Source: Escherichia coli (GTDB lineage: Bacteria; Pseudomonadota; Gammaproteobacteria; Enterobacterales; Enterobacteriaceae). From it: DNA of 64,000 bases. The DNA lies in the NCBI RefSeq assembly GCF_001677475.2, contig NZ_CP015229.1; one strand, given 5' to 3'. Shown here piece by piece: positions 23,198 through 44,107 of the stretch (position 1 is the first letter of the stretch; each line of letters begins with the position of its first letter). The position numbers and the translations under genes were made by a program. Below the pieces are notes generated by a model. That model was not told where the DNA came from and ran no database searches. It worked only from the letters and a program-made list of their open reading frames with translations.

Positions 23198-24589
23198 ATG
23201 AACTTTCCATTAATTGCGAACATCGTGGTGTTCGTTGTACTGCTGTTTGCGCTGGCTCAGACCCGCCATAAACAGTGGAGTCTGGCGAAAAAAGTGCTGG
23301 TGGGTCTGGTGATGGGTGTGGTTTTTGGCCTCGCCCTGCATACCATTTATGGTTCTGACAGCCAGGTACTTAAAGATTCTGTACAGTGGTTTAACATCGT
23401 TGGTAACGGCTATGTTCAACTGCTGCAAATGATCGTTATGCCGTTAGTCTTTGCCTCTATTCTGAGCGCGGTTGCCCGTCTGCATAACGCATCACAGTTA
23501 GGCAAAATCAGTTTTCTGACCATCGGAACGCTTTTGTTTACCACGCTGATTGCGGCGCTGGTCGGTGTGCTGGTCACCAACCTGTTTGGTTTGACGGCTG
23601 AAGGTCTGGTTCAGGGTGGTGCAGAAACTGCACGTTTGAACGCCATCGAAAGTAACTATGTTGGTAAAGTCTCTGACCTGAGCGTTCCGCAGCTGGTCTT
23701 GTCCTTTATCCCGAAAAACCCGTTTGCCGATCTGACCGGAGCCAATCCGACGTCAATTATCAGCGTGGTAATTTTTGCCGCATTCCTCGGTGTAGCTGCG
23801 CTGAAACTGCTGAAGGATGATGCGCCGAAAGGTGAACGCGTCTTAACCGCTATCGATACCCTGCAAAGCTGGGTAATGAAGCTGGTTCGCCTGGTCATGC
23901 AGTTGACCCCTTACGGCGTTCTGGCGCTGATGACCAAAGTGGTTGCAGGTTCTAACCTGCAAGACATCATCAAACTGGGAAGTTTCGTTGTCGCGTCCTA
24001 CCTCGGTCTGCTGATTATGTTTGCAGTGCATGGCATTCTGCTGGGCATTAATGGCGTGAGCCCGCTGAAGTACTTCCGTAAGGTATGGCCAGTTCTGACG
24101 TTTGCCTTTACCAGCCGTTCCAGTGCTGCGTCTATCCCACTGAATGTGGAAGCACAAACGCGTCGTCTGGGTGTTCCTGAATCCATCGCCAGTTTCGCCG
24201 CCTCTTTCGGTGCGACCATTGGTCAGAACGGCTGCGCCGGTTTGTATCCGGCAATGCTGGCGGTGATGGTTGCGCCTACGGTTGGCATTAACCCGCTGGA
24301 CCCGATGTGGATTGCGACGCTGGTCGGTATTGTTACCGTTAGTTCCGCAGGCGTTGCCGGTGTCGGTGGTGGTGCAACTTTCGCCGCACTGATTGTGCTG
24401 CCTGCGATGGGCCTGCCAGTTACCCTGGTGGCGCTGTTAATCTCCGTTGAACCGCTTATCGACATGGGCCGTACGGCGCTAAACGTTAGTGGCTCGATGA
24501 CAGCTGGCACGCTGACCAGCCAGTGGCTGAAGCAAACCGATAAAGCCATTCTGGATAGCGAAGACGACGCCGAACTGGCACACCGTTAA
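23198..24589 (+). CDS. tcyP: L-cystine / dicarboxylate:sodium symporter-family transporter
   Basis: 463-aa polytopic ORF (ydjN). Confidence 0.8.
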   Translation: MNFPLIANIVVFVVLLFALAQTRHKQWSLAKKVLVGLVMGVVFGLALHTIYGSDSQVLKDSVQWFNIVGNGYVQLLQMIVMPLVFASILSAVARLHNASQLGKISFLTIGTLLFTTLIAALVGVLVTNLFGLTAEGLVQGGAETARLNAIESNYVGKVSDLSVPQLVLSFIPKNPFADLTGANPTSIISVVIFAAFLGVAALKLLKDDAPKGERVLTAIDTLQSWVMKLVRLVMQLTPYGVLALMTKVVAGSNLQDIIKLGSFVVASYLGLLIMFAVHGILLGINGVSPLKYFRKVWPVLTFAFTSRSSAASIPLNVEAQTRRLGVPESIASFAASFGATIGQNGCAGLYPAMLAVMVAPTVGINPLDPMWIATLVGIVTVSSAGVAGVGGGATFAALIVLPAMGLPVTLVALLISVEPLIDMGRTALNVSGSMTAGTLTSQWLKQTDKAILDSEDDAELAHR

Positions 24590-24592
24590 TTC

Positions 24593-25408
24593 TTATGCTG
24601 GCAACGGTCCGTTTTGTATAGGAGCCGTTGCCTTACTTTTTAAATGTTCCATCGCGGCGATGCATACTGACTCATATTTAAACAGATCGTCAGCGAAAAA
24701 AATGGCTAACTTATCGAAACATTCCTGACTCAATGAATGTGCCTGTAGCGAGAAACTTAAAACCTCATACCCGAGACGTTTTCTAAGTGAACTATCTGGA
24801 ATACTCATAATATCTTCAAGCACACCGCTTCCCATTCCCGGAAGATTTAGTGGATTAAAAAGAAGATTGATATTAAGCATTGATATTATCGAAGGAAACT
24901 TTAGGAGACTCTCATTTTTTTGAATCGCAGCAAAAATGCTCCCGACAGGATGTATATAATTTTGTTCATAGTATATAGTCCTTAAATAGTGAATAACCAA
25001 CCTGTTTTTTATATTGATCAAATTGGTCATTTTTTCGGGTCGGAATTCACAGGTAAAATCCATCCCAACAAAATTCTCATTAATACCTCTTATCCGAAAC
25101 TCACTGCCATAAAGATTATTAATTATCACTCTATATTTAACATTGTCCTGCAGATACGTATCAAAACTAAGTGCTGGCGCTCCTGGCTTTGAGGCATCAA
25201 AGTTAATGTTAGACATATAGGCAATCATATAATTGAAGTTTGATTCTGCTATTTCATCGCAGTCACATTGCCCCGTTGATATAAAGAAAGTGAGTGCTGT
25301 CATAGTAGACTGCAACCTTTCTTTAAAAGAATCGAAAGCCAGGCTTTTAATATTTAAATCACTATAATTACTCTGTATTAAGTTTGTAGAAAGCATCTCC
25401 CGCCTCAT
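24593..25408 (-). CDS. ydjO: Uncharacterized AT-rich protein YdjO
   Basis: 271-aa ORF with AT-rich codon usage. Confidence 0.6.
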   Translation of the reverse strand: MRREMLSTNLIQSNYSDLNIKSLAFDSFKERLQSTMTALTFFISTGQCDCDEIAESNFNYMIAYMSNINFDASKPGAPALSFDTYLQDNVKYRVIINNLYGSEFRIRGINENFVGMDFTCEFRPEKMTNLINIKNRLVIHYLRTIYYEQNYIHPVGSIFAAIQKNESLLKFPSIISMLNINLLFNPLNLPGMGSGVLEDIMSIPDSSLRKRLGYEVLSFSLQAHSLSQECFDKLAIFFADDLFKYESVCIAAMEHLKSKATAPIQNGPLPA

Positions 25409-25684
25409 ATTATTAACAAAATTATTATCTCATTTAAATCTAAGTCACTTACAATGTAAGTTTAAGAGCGACGCCACAGGATGAACTATCAAAAATAGCT
25501 CATCATGATTAGCAAAACTTAACCATTTTAAAATAAATAAACAATTAAAGAAAAAAGATCACTTATTTATAGCAATAGATCGTCAAAGGCAGCTTTTTGT
25601 TACAGGTGGTTTGAATGAATGTAGCAATGAAATACAGAATTTCAGGCCATGTAACTCCCGGCAAAACCGGGAGGTACGTAATCC

Positions 25685-25927
25685 TTACTCAGTCACTTCC
25701 CCTTCCTGGCGGATCTGATTTGCCCAACGCTGGGCGGATTCAGGCACAGTAAACGCCGGTGAGCGCAGAAATGACTCTCCCATCAGTACAAACGCAACAT
25801 ATTTGCCACGCAGCATCCAGACATCACGAAACGAATCCATCTTTATCGCATGTTCTGGCGGCGCGGGTTCCGTGCGTGGGACATAGCTAATAATCTGGCG
25901 GTTTTGCTGACGGAGCGGTTTCTTCAT
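25685..25927 (-). CDS. cedA: Cell division activator CedA
   Basis: ORF track 25685..25948; start placed at MKKPLRQQNRQIISYVPRTEP (80 aa). Confidence 0.7.
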   Translation of the reverse strand: MKKPLRQQNRQIISYVPRTEPAPPEHAIKMDSFRDVWMLRGKYVAFVLMGESFLRSPAFTVPESAQRWANQIRQEGEVTE

Positions 25928-26130
25928 TACTGGCTTCACTAAACGCATATTAAAAATCAGAAAAACTGTAGTTTAGCCGATTTAGCCCCTGTACGTCCCG
26001 CTTTGCGTGTATTTCATAACACCGTTTCCAGAATAGTCTCCGAAGCGGGATCTGGCTGATGGTCTATAGTTAGAGGGTTTTTTGACCAAAACAGCGGCCC
26101 TTTCAGTAATAAATTAAGGAGACGAGTTCA

Positions 26131-28392
26131 ATGTCGCAACATAACGAAAAGAACCCACATCAGCACCAGTCACCACTACACGATTCCAGCGAAGCGAAAC
26201 CGGGGATGGACTCACTGGCACCTGAGGACGGATCTCATCGTCCAGCGGCTGAACCAACACCGCCAGGTGCACAACCTACCGCCCCTGGGAGCCTGAAAGC
26301 CCCTGATACGCGTAACGAAAAACTTAATTCTCTGGAAGACGTACGCAAAGGCAGTGAAAATTATGCGCTGACCACTAATCAGGGCGTGCGCATCGCCGAC
26401 GATCAAAACTCACTGCGTGCCGGTAACCGTGGTCCAACGCTGCTGGAAGATTTTATTCTGCGCGAGAAAATCACCCACTTTGACCATGAGCGCATCCCGG
26501 AACGTATTGTTCATGCACGCGGATCAGCAGCTCACGGTTATTTCCAGCCATATAAAAGTTTAAGCGATATTACCAAAGCGGATTTCCTCTCAGATCCGAA
26601 CAAAATCACCCCAGTATTTGTACGTTTCTCTACCGTTCAGGGTGGTGCTGGCTCTGCCGATACCGTGCGTGATATCCGTGGCTTTGCCACCAAGTTCTAT
26701 ACTGAAGAGGGTATTTTTGACCTTGTTGGCAATAACACGCCAATCTTCTTTATCCAGGATGCGCATAAATTCCCTGATTTTGTTCATGCGGTAAAACCAG
26801 AACCACACTGGGCAATTCCACAAGGGCAAAGCGCCCACGATACTTTCTGGGATTATGTTTCTCTGCAACCTGAAACTCTGCACAACGTGATGTGGGCGAT
26901 GTCGGATCGCGGGATCCCGCGCAGTTACCGCACCATGGAAGGCTTCGGTATTCACACCTTCCGCCTGATTAATGCCGAAGGGAAGGCAACGTTCGTACGT
27001 TTCCACTGGAAACCACTGGCAGGTAAAGCCTCACTCGTTTGGGATGAAGCACAAAAACTAACCGGACGTGACCCGGACTTCCACCGCCGCGAGTTGTGGG
27101 AAGCCATCGAAGCAGGCGATTTTCCGGAATACGAACTGGGCTTCCAGTTGATTCCTGAAGAAGATGAATTCAAGTTTGACTTCGATCTTCTCGATCCAAC
27201 CAAACTCATCCCGGAAGCACTGGTACCCGTTCAGCGTGTCGGCAAAATGGTGCTCAATCGCAACCCGGATAACTTCTTTGCTGAAAATGAACAGGCGGCT
27301 TTCCATCCTGGGCATATCGTGCCGGGACTGGACTTCACCAACGATCCGCTGTTGCAGGGACGTTTGTTCTCCTATACCGATACACAAATCAGTCGTCTTG
27401 GTGGGCCGAATTTCCATGAGATTCCGATTAACCGCCCGACCTGCCCTTACCATAATTTCCAGCGTGATGGCATGCATCGTATGGGGATCGACACTAACCC
27501 GGCGAATTATGAACCGAACTCGATCAACGATAACTGGCCGCGCGAAACACCACCGGGGCCGAAACGCGGCGGTTTTGAATCATACCAGGAGCGCGTGGAA
27601 GGCAATAAAGTTCGCGAGCGCAGCCCATCGTTTGGCGAATATTATTCCCATCCGCGTCTGTTCTGGCTAAGTCAGACGCCATTCGAGCAGCGCCATATTG
27701 TCGATGGTTTCAGTTTTGAGTTAAGCAAAGTCGTTCGGCCGTATATTCGTGAGCGCGTTGTTGACCAGCTGGCGCATATTGATCTCACTCTGGCCCAGGC
27801 GGTGGCGAAAAATCTCGGTATCGAACTGACTGACGACCAGCTGAATATCACCCCACCTCCGGACGTCAACGGTCTGAAAAAGGATCCATCCTTAAGTTTG
27901 TACGCCATTCCTGACGGTGATGTGAAAGGTCGCGTGGTAGCGATTTTACTTAATGATGAAGTGAGATCGGCAGACCTTCTGGCCATTCTCAAGGCCCTGA
28001 AGGCCAAAGGTGTTCATGCCAAACTGCTCTACTCCCGAATGGGTGAAGTGACTGCGGATGACGGTACGGTGTTGCCTATAGCCGCTACCTTTGCCGGTGC
28101 GCCTTCGCTGACGGTCGATGCGGTTATTGTCCCTTGCGGCAATATCGCGGATATCGCTGACAACGGCGATGCCAACTACTACCTGATGGAAGCCTACAAA
28201 CACCTTAAACCGATTGCGCTGGCGGGAGACGCACGCAAGTTTAAAGCCACAATCAAGGTCGCTGACCAGGGTGAAGAAGGGATTGTGGAAGCTGACAGCG
28301 CCGACGGTAGTTTTATGGATGAACTGTTAACGCTGATGGCAGCACACCGCGTGTGGTCACGCATTCCTAAGATTGACAAAATTCCGGCGTAA
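26131..28392 (+). CDS. katE: Catalase HPII (large-subunit monofunctional catalase)
   Basis: 753-aa ORF; catalase motifs RERIPERVVHARG-like, FDHERIPER, and C-terminal flavodoxin-like domain. Confidence 0.95.
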   Translation: MSQHNEKNPHQHQSPLHDSSEAKPGMDSLAPEDGSHRPAAEPTPPGAQPTAPGSLKAPDTRNEKLNSLEDVRKGSENYALTTNQGVRIADDQNSLRAGNRGPTLLEDFILREKITHFDHERIPERIVHARGSAAHGYFQPYKSLSDITKADFLSDPNKITPVFVRFSTVQGGAGSADTVRDIRGFATKFYTEEGIFDLVGNNTPIFFIQDAHKFPDFVHAVKPEPHWAIPQGQSAHDTFWDYVSLQPETLHNVMWAMSDRGIPRSYRTMEGFGIHTFRLINAEGKATFVRFHWKPLAGKASLVWDEAQKLTGRDPDFHRRELWEAIEAGDFPEYELGFQLIPEEDEFKFDFDLLDPTKLIPEALVPVQRVGKMVLNRNPDNFFAENEQAAFHPGHIVPGLDFTNDPLLQGRLFSYTDTQISRLGGPNFHEIPINRPTCPYHNFQRDGMHRMGIDTNPANYEPNSINDNWPRETPPGPKRGGFESYQERVEGNKVRERSPSFGEYYSHPRLFWLSQTPFEQRHIVDGFSFELSKVVRPYIRERVVDQLAHIDLTLAQAVAKNLGIELTDDQLNITPPPDVNGLKKDPSLSLYAIPDGDVKGRVVAILLNDEVRSADLLAILKALKAKGVHAKLLYSRMGEVTADDGTVLPIAATFAGAPSLTVDAVIVPCGNIADIADNGDANYYLMEAYKHLKPIALAGDARKFKATIKVADQGEEGIVEADSADGSFMDELLTLMAAHRVWSRIPKIDKIPA

Positions 28393-28410
28393 ATATGGAT
28401 AAGGTCACGT

Positions 28411-28438
28411 CCCCTGGGGAGTGACCTTACCACCTTAC
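28411..28438. terminator. GC-rich inverted repeat between convergent katE and chbG (possible bidirectional terminator)
   Basis: aaggtcacgtcccctggggagtgacctt; no clean T-run. Confidence 0.3.
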
Positions 28439-29200
<762 letters not shown>

Positions 29201-30553
29201 TTAATGTGCTTTTTTAAGCTCTGCGATGCAGTCGGCAAAATTTGGCAACCATTTCTCGTGCGCCAGAATCATCTCACGTGCCAGCAGCTCAGCATCGCGA
29301 TCGGAATGCACCAACGGACTAAGGTTTAGCGCCAGTAACACATCGTTAAATTCTCCGCTAAGTGCGGCGTTGCTGGCAGCAATCTCGAAGCCTTTGATGG
29401 TGTGAATCAGCCCCATTACTTTATCATCGAAATGCGTAATGCGCGGATGTGGCGTCGCGCCATCGCGCCCCAGCGTACAGGTCATTTCTACCGCCCAGTC
29501 TGCCGGAATATTATCAATATGCCCAAGATGCGGGATATTAACGTAATGTTCTGCTTGCTTGTCGTTGTAGATAGCGTTGATCACTTCGCATGCTGCATCA
29601 GAGTAATAAGCCCCACCGCGCTGTTCCAGTTCTTTCGGCTTAACTTTCAACTCCGGGTTTTTATAGAGCTCAAAAAGTTGTTTCTCGACTTTCTGTACTA
29701 CCTGCGCTCGTGCGCCGCCTTTATAGTATTCGCCCATTTCAATAGCCAGCATCTCTTTTTGCTTGAAGTAATAAAGCAAATACGAACACGGCAACAGATT
29801 CAGAGAACGAATTAAGCCTTCGCTAAATGGCAGATCGAAAATATTTTTAACGCCAGATGCTTTTAACTGCCCGGATGCCACACCATCAAGCAATTCGGCA
29901 AAGCGTGATTTGCCATTTACCAGCACATCCTTAATGAACACCATATGGTTGAGGCCGAACAGATCGATAGATAACTCATCGCTGTCTTTCAGCATCAGAA
30001 CATCGCGAATAAACATCTTCATGCCGATCGGAATATTACACACGCCGATAAAGCGTTTAAATCCGGTATGACGATAAACGGCTTCAGTGACCATTCCCGC
30101 CGGGTTAGTGAAGTTAATCACCCATGCATTCGGACAAAGTTCTTCGACATCTTTTATGATGTCAAAAATCACCGGAATGGTACGCAGACCTTTAAACAGA
30201 CCGCCCGCGCCGTTGGTTTCCTGACCAAGATAACCATGACTTAATGGAATACGTTCATCCAGTTCGCGCGCCGGTAATTGGCCTACGCGCAGTTGGGTAG
30301 TAACGAAATCAGCATCTTTCAATGCTTCGCGGCGATCCAGCGTTTTATAAAGCTTCATCGGGACGCCAGCGTTATCAATCATCCGTTGGCAGAGATCGAA
30401 AATAATATCCAGTTTAGCTTTGCCACCTTCGACATCCACCAGCCATAATTCGCTGACCGGCAATTCGTGATAACGCTTAATAAATCCTTCCAGTAACTCC
30501 GGGGTATAGCTGCTCCCGCCACCAATAGTGACGACTTTTAATTTCTGGCTCAT
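29201..30553 (-). CDS. chbF: 6-phospho-beta-glucosidase (family 4 glycosyl hydrolase)
   Basis: 450-aa ORF MSQKLKVVTIGGGSSYTPELLEG... Confidence 0.9.
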   Translation of the reverse strand: MSQKLKVVTIGGGSSYTPELLEGFIKRYHELPVSELWLVDVEGGKAKLDIIFDLCQRMIDNAGVPMKLYKTLDRREALKDADFVTTQLRVGQLPARELDERIPLSHGYLGQETNGAGGLFKGLRTIPVIFDIIKDVEELCPNAWVINFTNPAGMVTEAVYRHTGFKRFIGVCNIPIGMKMFIRDVLMLKDSDELSIDLFGLNHMVFIKDVLVNGKSRFAELLDGVASGQLKASGVKNIFDLPFSEGLIRSLNLLPCSYLLYYFKQKEMLAIEMGEYYKGGARAQVVQKVEKQLFELYKNPELKVKPKELEQRGGAYYSDAACEVINAIYNDKQAEHYVNIPHLGHIDNIPADWAVEMTCTLGRDGATPHPRITHFDDKVMGLIHTIKGFEIAASNAALSGEFNDVLLALNLSPLVHSDRDAELLAREMILAHEKWLPNFADCIAELKKAH

Positions 30554-30657
30554 AATTTCTCCCTTCAGTACAGAATACTGATATCTGGCATATCTGCCCC
30601 CTAGGACATAAATGATCCAGCAACAGGACAGATATGTGAATTGTCAGGTATAACGAC

Positions 30658-31500
30658 TTACTGATTAAATTCAGTCAATTTCTTACGATAGCTCTTAGGC
30701 GTAAAGGACGTTAATTTCTTAAACGTTTTAATAAACAAACTCGGGCTACTATAACCGGCCTCAAACGCAATATCCGTCACTGAATAGTTGGTCATTTCCA
30801 GTTGTTTTTTGGCAAAATTAATACGGATTTCATTAATAATCTGCATTGGCGTTTTGCCATAATATCGTTGAGTCGCCCGCGTCAAATATTCCTGTGATTT
30901 GGCTGACAACGTCACCATATTCTCCAGCGCCGATTCACTAAACTGCTCTTTATCATGCATCTTTTCTACCGTACTTTTCAGCCACTGCGGTACATCATCA
31001 ATCACCTGTTCTTCGCGGTAATGACGCAAACGGTTAATGACATAAAAAGTAACCATCTCAACAAACTCTTCCAGCCCTGTTTCGCGGAAATTCAATGAAG
31101 AAATCACTGTTTCCACATAGGTGAGAAAAGCGTTATTGGTCCGGTATACCTGCGAAGCTACAAAGCAATAAGGCAACAACGGCAGGTAATGCTGCTCAAA
31201 AAAGCGTTTACTGATCCCAACGTTCAATATACGCGTGGCACCAAACTCATAAAAACTTTGATGGTGCGAACCTAACGGAATAAAAACAAAATCGCCCCGT
31301 TCCAGTAACACGCGCTTACCGTTAATCTCCTGGAAATAACGCCCGGTTAATACCAGAGTAAATTCATAATAGTCGTGCTGATGCAGTCCGCTGATACTCT
31401 CAGTTTTGTTATAGATAAACACATGGAAATTTTTGCCATTAAACAACTGCTGTTCTCGGGCAGTGGCAATTTCCGGCGCGTTAATCACTGGCTGCATCAT
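30658..31500 (-). CDS. chbR: AraC-family dual regulator of the chb operon
   Basis: 280-aa ORF with C-terminal AraC-type HTH. Confidence 0.85.
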   Translation of the reverse strand: MMQPVINAPEIATAREQQLFNGKNFHVFIYNKTESISGLHQHDYYEFTLVLTGRYFQEINGKRVLLERGDFVFIPLGSHHQSFYEFGATRILNVGISKRFFEQHYLPLLPYCFVASQVYRTNNAFLTYVETVISSLNFRETGLEEFVEMVTFYVINRLRHYREEQVIDDVPQWLKSTVEKMHDKEQFSESALENMVTLSAKSQEYLTRATQRYYGKTPMQIINEIRINFAKKQLEMTNYSVTDIAFEAGYSSPSLFIKTFKKLTSFTPKSYRKKLTEFNQ

Positions 31501-31507
31501 CGACTCC

Positions 31508-31858
31508 TTATGCCTTCAGTTTTTCATGAAGCTCAATTAATTCAGTAATCAGTTCACGCGCAAGCATAGACGTCATTAAATGATCCTGAGCGTGGACCAG
31601 CACCAGACTCACTTTCATCTTACCTTCGCCCGCATCGCCTTCAATCAGTTTCGTCTGTACCAGATGCGCTTCATTCAATGCCATCCGTGACTGATCCATC
31701 ATGGCTTTTGCTGCGGCAAAATCGCCCTGCTTCGCCTGTTTCAGTGCGGCATACGCCAGGCTGCGCGCTTGTCCGGAGTTGATGATAAGTCCCATCACCA
31801 CTTCTTCCAGCTCTTCAGCTTCCGTTTGCGTATCGGGAATATTATCGAGATCCATCAT
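31508..31858 (-). CDS. chbA: PTS chitobiose-specific EIIA component
   Basis: 116-aa ORF. Confidence 0.85.
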   Translation of the reverse strand: MMDLDNIPDTQTEAEELEEVVMGLIINSGQARSLAYAALKQAKQGDFAAAKAMMDQSRMALNEAHLVQTKLIEGDAGEGKMKVSLVLVHAQDHLMTSMLARELITELIELHEKLKA

Positions 31859-31908
31859 ACATCGTTCCTCTCTATTCTTACCGGCACGATTACCCGTACC
31901 GGCATCGA

Positions 31909-33267
31909 TTAAAATTTCAGGGCGTTAGCGATATCTTCTTCGCTCTCTTCTTTATCAATCGCGTTTTGTGCTTTGTTAGCCACCACAACAAAGGGCAGAT
32001 AAATTAACGTTGCGATACCAAGGTTGAAGAGTGCAACCAGCAATGCGGCGACGCTACCGTTGGTGTTAAAGAAGGCTCCCAGACCGGTTGGCATGGTCCA
32101 CGGTGCAATATTGGTCACCGGAGGAATAATACCCATGTAGTACGCTGCCAGGGTGATTGCCGCCAGAATCGGTTGTACCAGTACAAACGGGATAAACATC
32201 ACCGGGTTCATGATAATTGGCAGACCAAACAGAATCGGTTCGTTAATCTGGAAGATGCCGGACGGCAGCGCCAGTTTTGCCACCTGACGATAATCAGCAC
32301 GGCGAGAGGCGATAAAGATAGCCAGGATCAGACCTAAAGTCGCACCACTGCCCCCAAGGAAAATAAAGGAGTCCAGCATCGGCTTGGCCCAGATATGGAA
32401 GGTCTTACCGGCTGCCAGAGCCGCTTCGACGGAACCATATTGCTGATAGGTCGCGATATTTTCCAGCGCCCACGGCGTCATAATGCCGTTGTCCAGTGCG
32501 GTCAGCGCCAGCGCGCCATGAATACCGAAGAACCAGAGCAGTGGAACAAAGATCACATAGGCCCAGCCCACCACGCTACCCAACGATGCCAGTGGGGTTG
32601 AGATGGTATCCATAATGATCTGATGGAAGTTGGTGCCCCAGGTATTCAACGCCCAGGCAATAATCCCCATCACGGAAAGAATAATAAAGCCGGGAATTAA
32701 AGCCGAGAAGGAACGCGATACTGAAGCAGGTACGCTATCGGGCAATTTAATGACCCAATTGCGGCGGACAATAAAGGTAAACATTTCTGCCACCACCAGG
32801 CCAATAATAATCCCGGAGATGATATTCGCCCCACCTAACCAGTTTGCGCCAACCGCATAGGCCTCCCCGACACTATATGGGGTGACGGTCATAAATGCTG
32901 CAACGGATAACAACCCAGCCGCCAGCGCATCGACTTTACGCTCTTCTGCCAGCGCCATGCCAATAAAGAACGGTGCCATTAAAGACATTATCCCTAATGT
33001 TCCGTTATATACGTTGCCGCCAATACCTTTCAGACCATTAAGTGTTTCAATGGTTGAGGCGTCGAGGCGAATACCTAAGGAATAAAAAAACGACCCCTCC
33101 CCAAAGCTTAGAAAAACGTTGTTAATTAATACAAACATGGCCCCCGCAAGGGTTAACGGCATTAAGCGAATAAAGCCATTTTTGATTGCATTAACGTGTG
33201 GCTGCTTTCCTATTTTAACTGCAAAAGGGAGGAGTACCTTTTCAAGCGATGCAATAACATTACTCAT
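31909..33267 (-). CDS. chbC: PTS chitobiose-specific EIIC component
   Basis: 452-aa polytopic ORF. Confidence 0.9.
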
Positions 33268-33351
33268 AGAAAAATACCCTTAAAAACCGCAATTTAAATA
33301 TTGCGGTATTGATTTATGAAATAACTCTTTGACGGGAAAATTTAAAAAAAA

Positions 33352-33672
33352 TTAATTTGCTGCGGCTTTTTTAATCGCTGCAACCGCAGCCTTAAGCACG
33401 CCTAAACCATCGACTTTGCCATAAAGCAGCGAGTCAATTACTTCGACCGGTTTGTTGGGTAACAAACGCTGGATTTCGGGCAACATATAAGCAATCTGTG
33501 GCCCTAATAACACGACATCGGCATTCTGACCTTTTTCACCAGCCAGTGTTTCCGGAAATGCTTCAATAATGACCGGAACTTCATATTTTTCTGCCTGTGC
33601 GCGCATTTTTGATACCAGTAAAGAGGTAGACATGCCCGCAGAACAAAACAGATAAATGTGTTTCTTTTCCAT
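33352..33672 (-). CDS. chbB: PTS chitobiose-specific EIIB component
   Basis: 106-aa [30 protein letters not shown]... Confidence 0.85.
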   Translation of the reverse strand: MEKKHIYLFCSAGMSTSLLVSKMRAQAEKYEVPVIIEAFPETLAGEKGQNADVVLLGPQIAYMLPEIQRLLPNKPVEVIDSLLYGKVDGLGVLKAAVAAIKKAAAN

Positions 33673-33912
33673 AAAACTGCCCTCATCGACGATTATCTGT
33701 CAGCCAGACACTCCGCAAGCCTTAACCTGCTTCCATGCTCTGGGTAACTTGCGAAACCAACATGACTTTTTTTGTGGCTGAAAGGAGTATACGGTATAGA
33801 CCTGAGCAATAGTATTTCTTTGACCTTATAAATTGTCTCTCCTTGACCTGCGGTTATGACCCTCTTCACATTTCGGGCAAATAATTCGCGAAGATAATTA
33901 AGAACTCAGGCC
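33673..33912 (-). promoter_or_regulatory. chb operon promoter/operator region, boundaries approximate
   Basis: Position upstream of chbB; NagC/ChbR/CRP control assigned from established knowledge, individual sites not mapped here. Confidence 0.3.
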
Positions 33913-33940
33913 AAAAAAAACCGGCGCAATGGCCGGTTTC
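33913..33940 (-). terminator. osmE intrinsic terminator
   Basis: Minus-strand hairpin ccggccattgcgccgg followed by an 8-T run. Confidence 0.55.
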
Positions 33941-33970
33941 CGTTGTAACTCAAGCTTTCAGGCGAAGTGA

Positions 33971-34309
33971 TTACTTCGCAGCCTGTGGATCAGTGTCGTA
34001 TTCAGCACAGGTCTGATAACCGGAGTTGATGACATGTCCGGTATCATCTAACGCGACAAAGTAGGTTTCTGCTTTACCATCACGTTGACCCAGGATGTAG
34101 GTCTGGCAAGTACCACGAGCATGGATCATGCTCACTTCAGACGAAGGTTTACCCGCAATTTGTGCAACCTGCGCCCGGCTCATGCCTTTTTTGACGTCTT
34201 TCACCACAGGCTGTACAAACTGGTCTTTGGTACGATCATAAGCCGTACAACCCGCCAGCATGGTTAATACCGCCGCTGCACTCAGAATTCCTGCCATATT
34301 CTTGTTCAT
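33971..34309 (-). CDS. osmE: Osmotically inducible lipoprotein E
   Basis: 112-aa ORF with lipoprotein signal (LAGC). Confidence 0.85.
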
Positions 34310-34510
34310 ATTCCGTCCTCTTGTTTATCAGCGTGTTAGATAAGCCTGGAATACATTGGGCGCTTTTTCAAGCCCGTGAACGAAACGGCTCCGCTTTCAG
34401 AGGATTCCTGTATGACGTTTTAACCACCATTCAGCCCGCTGTCGCTTGTCGTTTCAGTAGCAACGGGTTAGCTTTAAGGAAGTTTTGTCTTTTCTGTCTG
34501 GAGGGGTTCA

Positions 34511-35338
34511 ATGACATTGCAACAACAAATAATAAAGGCGCTGGGCGCAAAACCGCAGATTAATGCTGAAGAGGAAATTCGTCGTAGTGTCGATTTTCTG
34601 AAAAGCTACCTGCAAACTTATCCGTTCATTAAATCACTGGTGCTCGGGATCAGCGGCGGTCAGGACTCCACGCTTGCCGGAAAGCTGTGCCAGATGGCGA
34701 TTAATGAGCTGCGCCAGGAAACTGGCAACGAATCGCTGCAATTTATTGCCGTACGCCTGCCCTATGGTGTTCAGGCCGACGAACAAGATTGCCAGGATGC
34801 CATTGCCTTTATTCAACCGGATCGCGTATTAACCGTTAATATCAAGGGCGCGGTATTGGCCAGCGAACAGGCGCTGCGCGAAGCGGGTATTGAATTAAGT
34901 GATTTTGTCCGTGGCAATGAAAAAGCGCGTGAGCGGATGAAAGCACAATATAGCATTGCGGGTATGACCAGCGGTGTCGTGGTGGGCACCGATCATGCAG
35001 CAGAAGCCATTACCGGATTCTTCACTAAATATGGTGACGGCGGTACGGACATTAATCCACTGTATCGTCTCAACAAACGTCAGGGTAAACAGTTACTGGC
35101 AGCATTAGGTTGCCCGGAACACCTTTATAAGAAAGCCCCAACTGCCGATCTGGAAGATGATCGCCCTTCTCTGCCAGATGAAGTGGCACTCGGCGTGACC
35201 TATGACAATATCGACGACTATCTGGAAGGGAAAAACCTACCTGAACAGGTCGCCAGAACAATAGAGAACTGGTATCTGAAAACCGAACATAAACGCCGTC
35301 CGCCAATTACCGTTTTCGATGATTTCTGGAAAAAGTAA
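34511..35338 (+). CDS. nadE: NH3-dependent NAD+ synthetase
   Basis: 275-aa ORF with PP-loop motif GISGGQDST. Confidence 0.9.
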   Translation: MTLQQQIIKALGAKPQINAEEEIRRSVDFLKSYLQTYPFIKSLVLGISGGQDSTLAGKLCQMAINELRQETGNESLQFIAVRLPYGVQADEQDCQDAIAFIQPDRVLTVNIKGAVLASEQALREAGIELSDFVRGNEKARERMKAQYSIAGMTSGVVVGTDHAAEAITGFFTKYGDGGTDINPLYRLNKRQGKQLLAALGCPEHLYKKAPTADLEDDRPSLPDEVALGVTYDNIDDYLEGKNLPEQVARTIENWYLKTEHKRRPPITVFDDFWKK

Positions 35339-35383
35339 TAATTTGCACATATTGGTTTGTGCGAAAAAGAGTACTTTGTTCAC

Positions 35384-35413
35384 GCCGGATGCGGCGTGAA
35401 CGCCTTATTCGCC
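35384..35413. repeat. REP-like palindromic element
   Basis: gccggatgcggcgtgaacgccttattcgcc resembles the REP consensus. Confidence 0.4.
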
Positions 35414-35535
35414 CCACAAAACTATGCAAATTCAATATATTGCATGAGTCGAATAGGCCTGACAGGCGTAGCACGTCAGACGGTGTAACCTTTGTCATCA
35501 ACCCGCCTCTTTTTTAATCGCTCCCCGCCTGTTAC

Positions 35536-35553
35536 ACTGGATAGATAACCAGC
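35536..35553 (+). promoter_or_regulatory. Candidate LexA box upstream of cho
   Basis: actggatagataaccagc (CTGg-N8-cCAG) about 15 bp upstream of the GTG start. Confidence 0.4.
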
Positions 35554-35567
35554 ATTCGGAGTCAACA

Positions 35568-37068
<1,501 letters not shown>

Positions 37069-37104
37069 TTAGTGGCGATCAGGCTTTTTTTGCATCTGTT
37101 TGAG

Positions 37105-37170
37105 AACAAAAAAGAAAACCGCCGATCCTGTCCACCGCATTACTGCAAGGTAGTGGACAAGACCGGCGGT
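37105..37170 (-). terminator. Intrinsic terminator downstream of spy
   Basis: Nested GC-rich hairpin (ccgccg...gtccac...gtggac...cggcgg) with T-runs on both strands. Confidence 0.45.
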
Positions 37171-37192
37171 CTTAAGTTTTTTGGCTGAAAGA

Positions 37193-37678
37193 TTATTCAG
37201 CAGTTGCAGGCATTTTACCTTTTGCCGCTGGACGTTCTGTCAGACGCTTCTCAAAATTAGCATTAAATTGCTTTTTCTGTTCCGGCGTCAGGATGTTGTA
37301 AATCTTGTTCTGGGTTTCCATGTGCGCCAGCATGTTAGCTTTGCGCTGTTCTTCCATTTTTGCGATCTGCGCTTCAGCTTTTGCTTTATCGAAGGTATCG
37401 CTGGCAATGATGTCATGCATTGCGCGGCGTTCTTCCAGCGGCGGACGTTTCATCTGGTCACGCTGGCCTTTCATGATTTCGCGGATCTGCTGTTTCTGCG
37501 CGTCGGTCAGGTTCAGGTCTTTGAACATCATGTCCTGATGCGGACCGAACTTGCCTTTGTGGTGCATCATCGGCTTCGCGTCAGCCGGTGCTGCGGTAGT
37601 GGTGTCTGCAGCATGGGCCAGGTTAGCCGCGCCAAGAGCCAGGGTAGAGGCAACAAACAGTGCAGTTAATTTACGCAT
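37193..37678 (-). CDS. spy: Periplasmic ATP-independent chaperone Spy
   Basis: 161-aa ORF with signal peptide and MHHKGKFGPHQDMMFKDLNLTDAQKQQIREIMKGQRDQMK. Confidence 0.9.
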   Translation of the reverse strand: MRKLTALFVASTLALGAANLAHAADTTTAAPADAKPMMHHKGKFGPHQDMMFKDLNLTDAQKQQIREIMKGQRDQMKRPPLEERRAMHDIIASDTFDKAKAEAQIAKMEEQRKANMLAHMETQNKIYNILTPEQKKQFNANFEKRLTERPAAKGKMPATAE

Positions 37679-38007
37679 ATTCTATATCCTTCCTTTCAGT
37701 TATTTATTACGGCTTTCTTAAGTAGCGTGCCGTGTTGACGAGATTAACTTTACTGACTTTAGCGTCAATTAATCAGAGCAACGGTAAAACAATGAAAGTG
37801 TAAAAAACACTTTTGCGCCAATTATGGAGAAAAAAAGAAAATTTGATGGAGAGTGATGAGAGAATATTACAACACGATGATTTTGCAGAGATTATGAAGA
37901 ACTATACCGGATGACTGGTGATAAATAAAGCAAATAACCAGGATTAATCTGTATTAATTTATAAGAAAGCAACTTAATACCCGCAGAATGATTTCTGCGG
38001 GTAAGTA

Positions 38008-44071
<6,064 letters not shown>

Positions 44072-44107
44072 TTAATAATAAGTAATGTTTGCGCTGTAAA
44101 TGTAGAT

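Noticed and set aside
25409-25684. Hairpin ctcccggcaaaaccgggag between cedA and ydjO as a terminator
   Set aside because: No adjacent T-run on the relevant strand; it may be a regulatory structure but is unsupported.
37181-37669. 162-aa ORF antisense to spy, and similar antisense ORFs in ynjE (52150..52659), gdhA (55207..55818), topB (58288..58788) and sppA (61679..62239)
   Set aside because: Each is fully contained within a confidently identified gene on the opposite strand; there is no independent support.
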